A DNA stretch of 52,332 bases from an uncultured Bacilli bacterium. GTDB taxonomy: Bacteria > Bacillota_I > Bacilli_A > RF39 > UBA660. The stretch lies in contig CALVSS010000001.1 in assembly GCA_944359095.1 (NCBI GenBank), positions 1 through 52,332 on the forward strand, given 5' to 3'. The notes beneath the pieces were generated by a model. The model was not told where the DNA came from and made no database searches. It worked only from the letters and a program-made list of their open reading frames with translations. Positions 51,633-52,332 of this stretch are shown in pieces. The position numbers and the translations under genes were made by a program. How positions within the stretch are numbered: position 1 is the first letter of the stretch; the number at the start of each line of letters is the position of its first letter.

Positions 51633-52332
51633 ATGAGAAAGCTTAATAATCGTGGTTTTGCTATTTCAACATTGTTATATGGACTTATGATTATGTCTTT
51701 ATTAATTGTTTTTGCGTTAATGGGAAATCTAAGTACGAATAGACAAAATACAACTAACTTTGTTGATTTAGTAGAAGATGAATTAAATCGATTTAGTGTA
51801 TCTAATACAGAAGGAATTTATAATGGTGGAGAAGTAGATAAATCTGGTCATGAATATATTGCTCCTAAAGCTGGCTGGTATAAGATTGAATTATGGGGTG
51901 CATCTTGTGGTAGTAATTTAGGATCTTATGTTTCTGCTATTATGTATATGGAAGAAAATGATCATATCTATTTTTATTTAGGACAACAAGGTGGTTCTAG
52001 TAATACCTTTAATAGTGGTAGTAGTGGAGGAGGAGCCTCAGACGTTCGACTTATTTCTGGTGATTGGAATGATGCTAGTTCTTTAGAATCTCGATTAATG
52101 GTTGCCGCTGGTGGTAGTGGAAGTTATTCCGCTGGTTCTTTACTTGGTTATGGTAGTAGTCTTTACACTGGTACGCAGTCAAGCGGCGCAGGTTTTGGTG
52201 TAGCAAGTGGTAATGGAAGTGGCGGATACTGGGGTGGCAAGGAAAATGCCACTGGTTCCTCATTTATTCTTGGTTATGGTGGAGTTAGAACTTATGAAAG
52301 TGGAACTGTAACAAAAAAAACATTTCGAACAT
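51633..52332 (+). CDS. prepilin-leader-like N-terminus fused to glycine-rich (ALK/LTK-type, Gly_rich family) domain; 3' end outside window; absent from ORF track
   Basis: ATG 51633 lies 5 nt after AGGTGA and the frame is open to the window end. Translation: MRKLNNRGFAISTLLYGLMIMSLLIVFALMGNLSTNRQ...APKAGWYKIELWGASCGSNLGSYVSAIMYMEENDHIYFYLGQQGGSS...GGGASDVRL...SRLMVAAGGSGSYSAG...GNGSGGYWGG... The leader parallels the pilin at 13971 (MIRKLNNKG|M). The minus-strand track ORF 52075..52263 is its shadow. Confidence 0.75.
   Translation, partial: MRKLNNRGFAISTLLYGLMIMSLLIVFALMGNLSTNRQNTTNFVDLVEDELNRFSVSNTEGIYNGGEVDKSGHEYIAPKAGWYKIELWGASCGSNLGSYVSAIMYMEENDHIYFYLGQQGGSSNTFNSGSSGGGASDVRLISGDWNDASSLESRLMVAAGGSGSYSAGSLLGYGSSLYTGTQSSGAGFGVASGNGSGGYWGGKENATGSSFILGYGGVRTYESGTVTKKTFRT

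Noticed and set aside
52075-52263. Track ORF 52075..52263 on the minus strand (His/Gln/Arg-rich).
   Set aside because: It is the antisense shadow of the Gly-rich (GGT/GGA-rich) plus-strand gene starting at 51633, which has an SD, a pilin-like leader and a recognisable domain pattern.
1-52332. Alternative genetic code (TGA = Trp, as in Mollicutes), considered because of the very low G+C.
   Set aside because: TGG is used for conserved Trp positions. Several genes end at TGA exactly where homologues end (for example the regulator at 17971, the kinase at 19242, and the 305-aa protein at 35150). Full-length homologue-sized ORFs are obtained with the standard code.
1-52332. Search for CRISPR arrays, IS elements/transposases, integrases, prophage blocks, rRNA genes and recognisable multi-gene defence systems.
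   Set aside because: I saw no regularly spaced repeat-spacer array, no DDE/serine/tyrosine recombinase-like ORF, and no rRNA-like sequence. The two UvrD/RecD-type helicases are the housekeeping HelD and RecD2 by motif and N-terminal architecture, not Gabija- or Hachiman-type partners.

Overview
AT-rich (by eye about 30% G+C, not computed), standard-code, densely packed chromosomal segment of a low-GC Bacillota-type bacterium. I count about 55 credible CDS and one tRNA-Met. There is no rRNA, CRISPR array, transposase or integrase. The backbone is housekeeping, with Bacillus-like synteny blocks: deoD; an M16 peptidase pair; lepA-hemW; tmk; ylbJ/ylbL; Bacillus-type dnaB; a CBS-type family II pyrophosphatase; DUF368-uppP; PMM/PGM; helD; mtaB; recD2; parE-parC; ylbD-ylbE-ylbF-rsmD. 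Five things are not housekeeping. (1) A ComG/type IV pilus-like machine is scattered over four loci: the ATPase at 11.6-13.3 kb, two pseudopilins at 13.4-14.6 kb, the platform protein plus prepilin peptidase at 21.0-23.3 kb, and a further pilin-like gene at 51.6 kb that runs off the window. The ATPase has a ~160-aa Q/P-rich tail, the platform protein has a ~90-aa low-complexity head, and the last pilin-like gene fuses a prepilin-like leader to an ALK/LTK-type glycine-rich domain. (2) A ~365-nt non-coding stretch (16945-17308) lies in front of a terminator-bounded two-component system. It holds tandem CCCATAATTT direct repeats and four over-perfect Shine-Dalgarno (STAB-SD-like GAAAGGAGG) elements that serve no sizeable ORF. 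(3) A frameshifted HigB-2/Gp49/RelE-like toxin gene has a long N-terminal extension and is followed by a small overlapping ORF (37.35-38.4 kb). (4) A 420-nt structured, ORF-free intergenic region (23290-23710) contains mutually exclusive long-range pairings and an 18-bp perfect palindrome. (5) A SpoIIID-like/sigma-region-4-like two-HTH protein is inserted between lepA and hemW. All family assignments come from motif recognition by eye. No database search was run.
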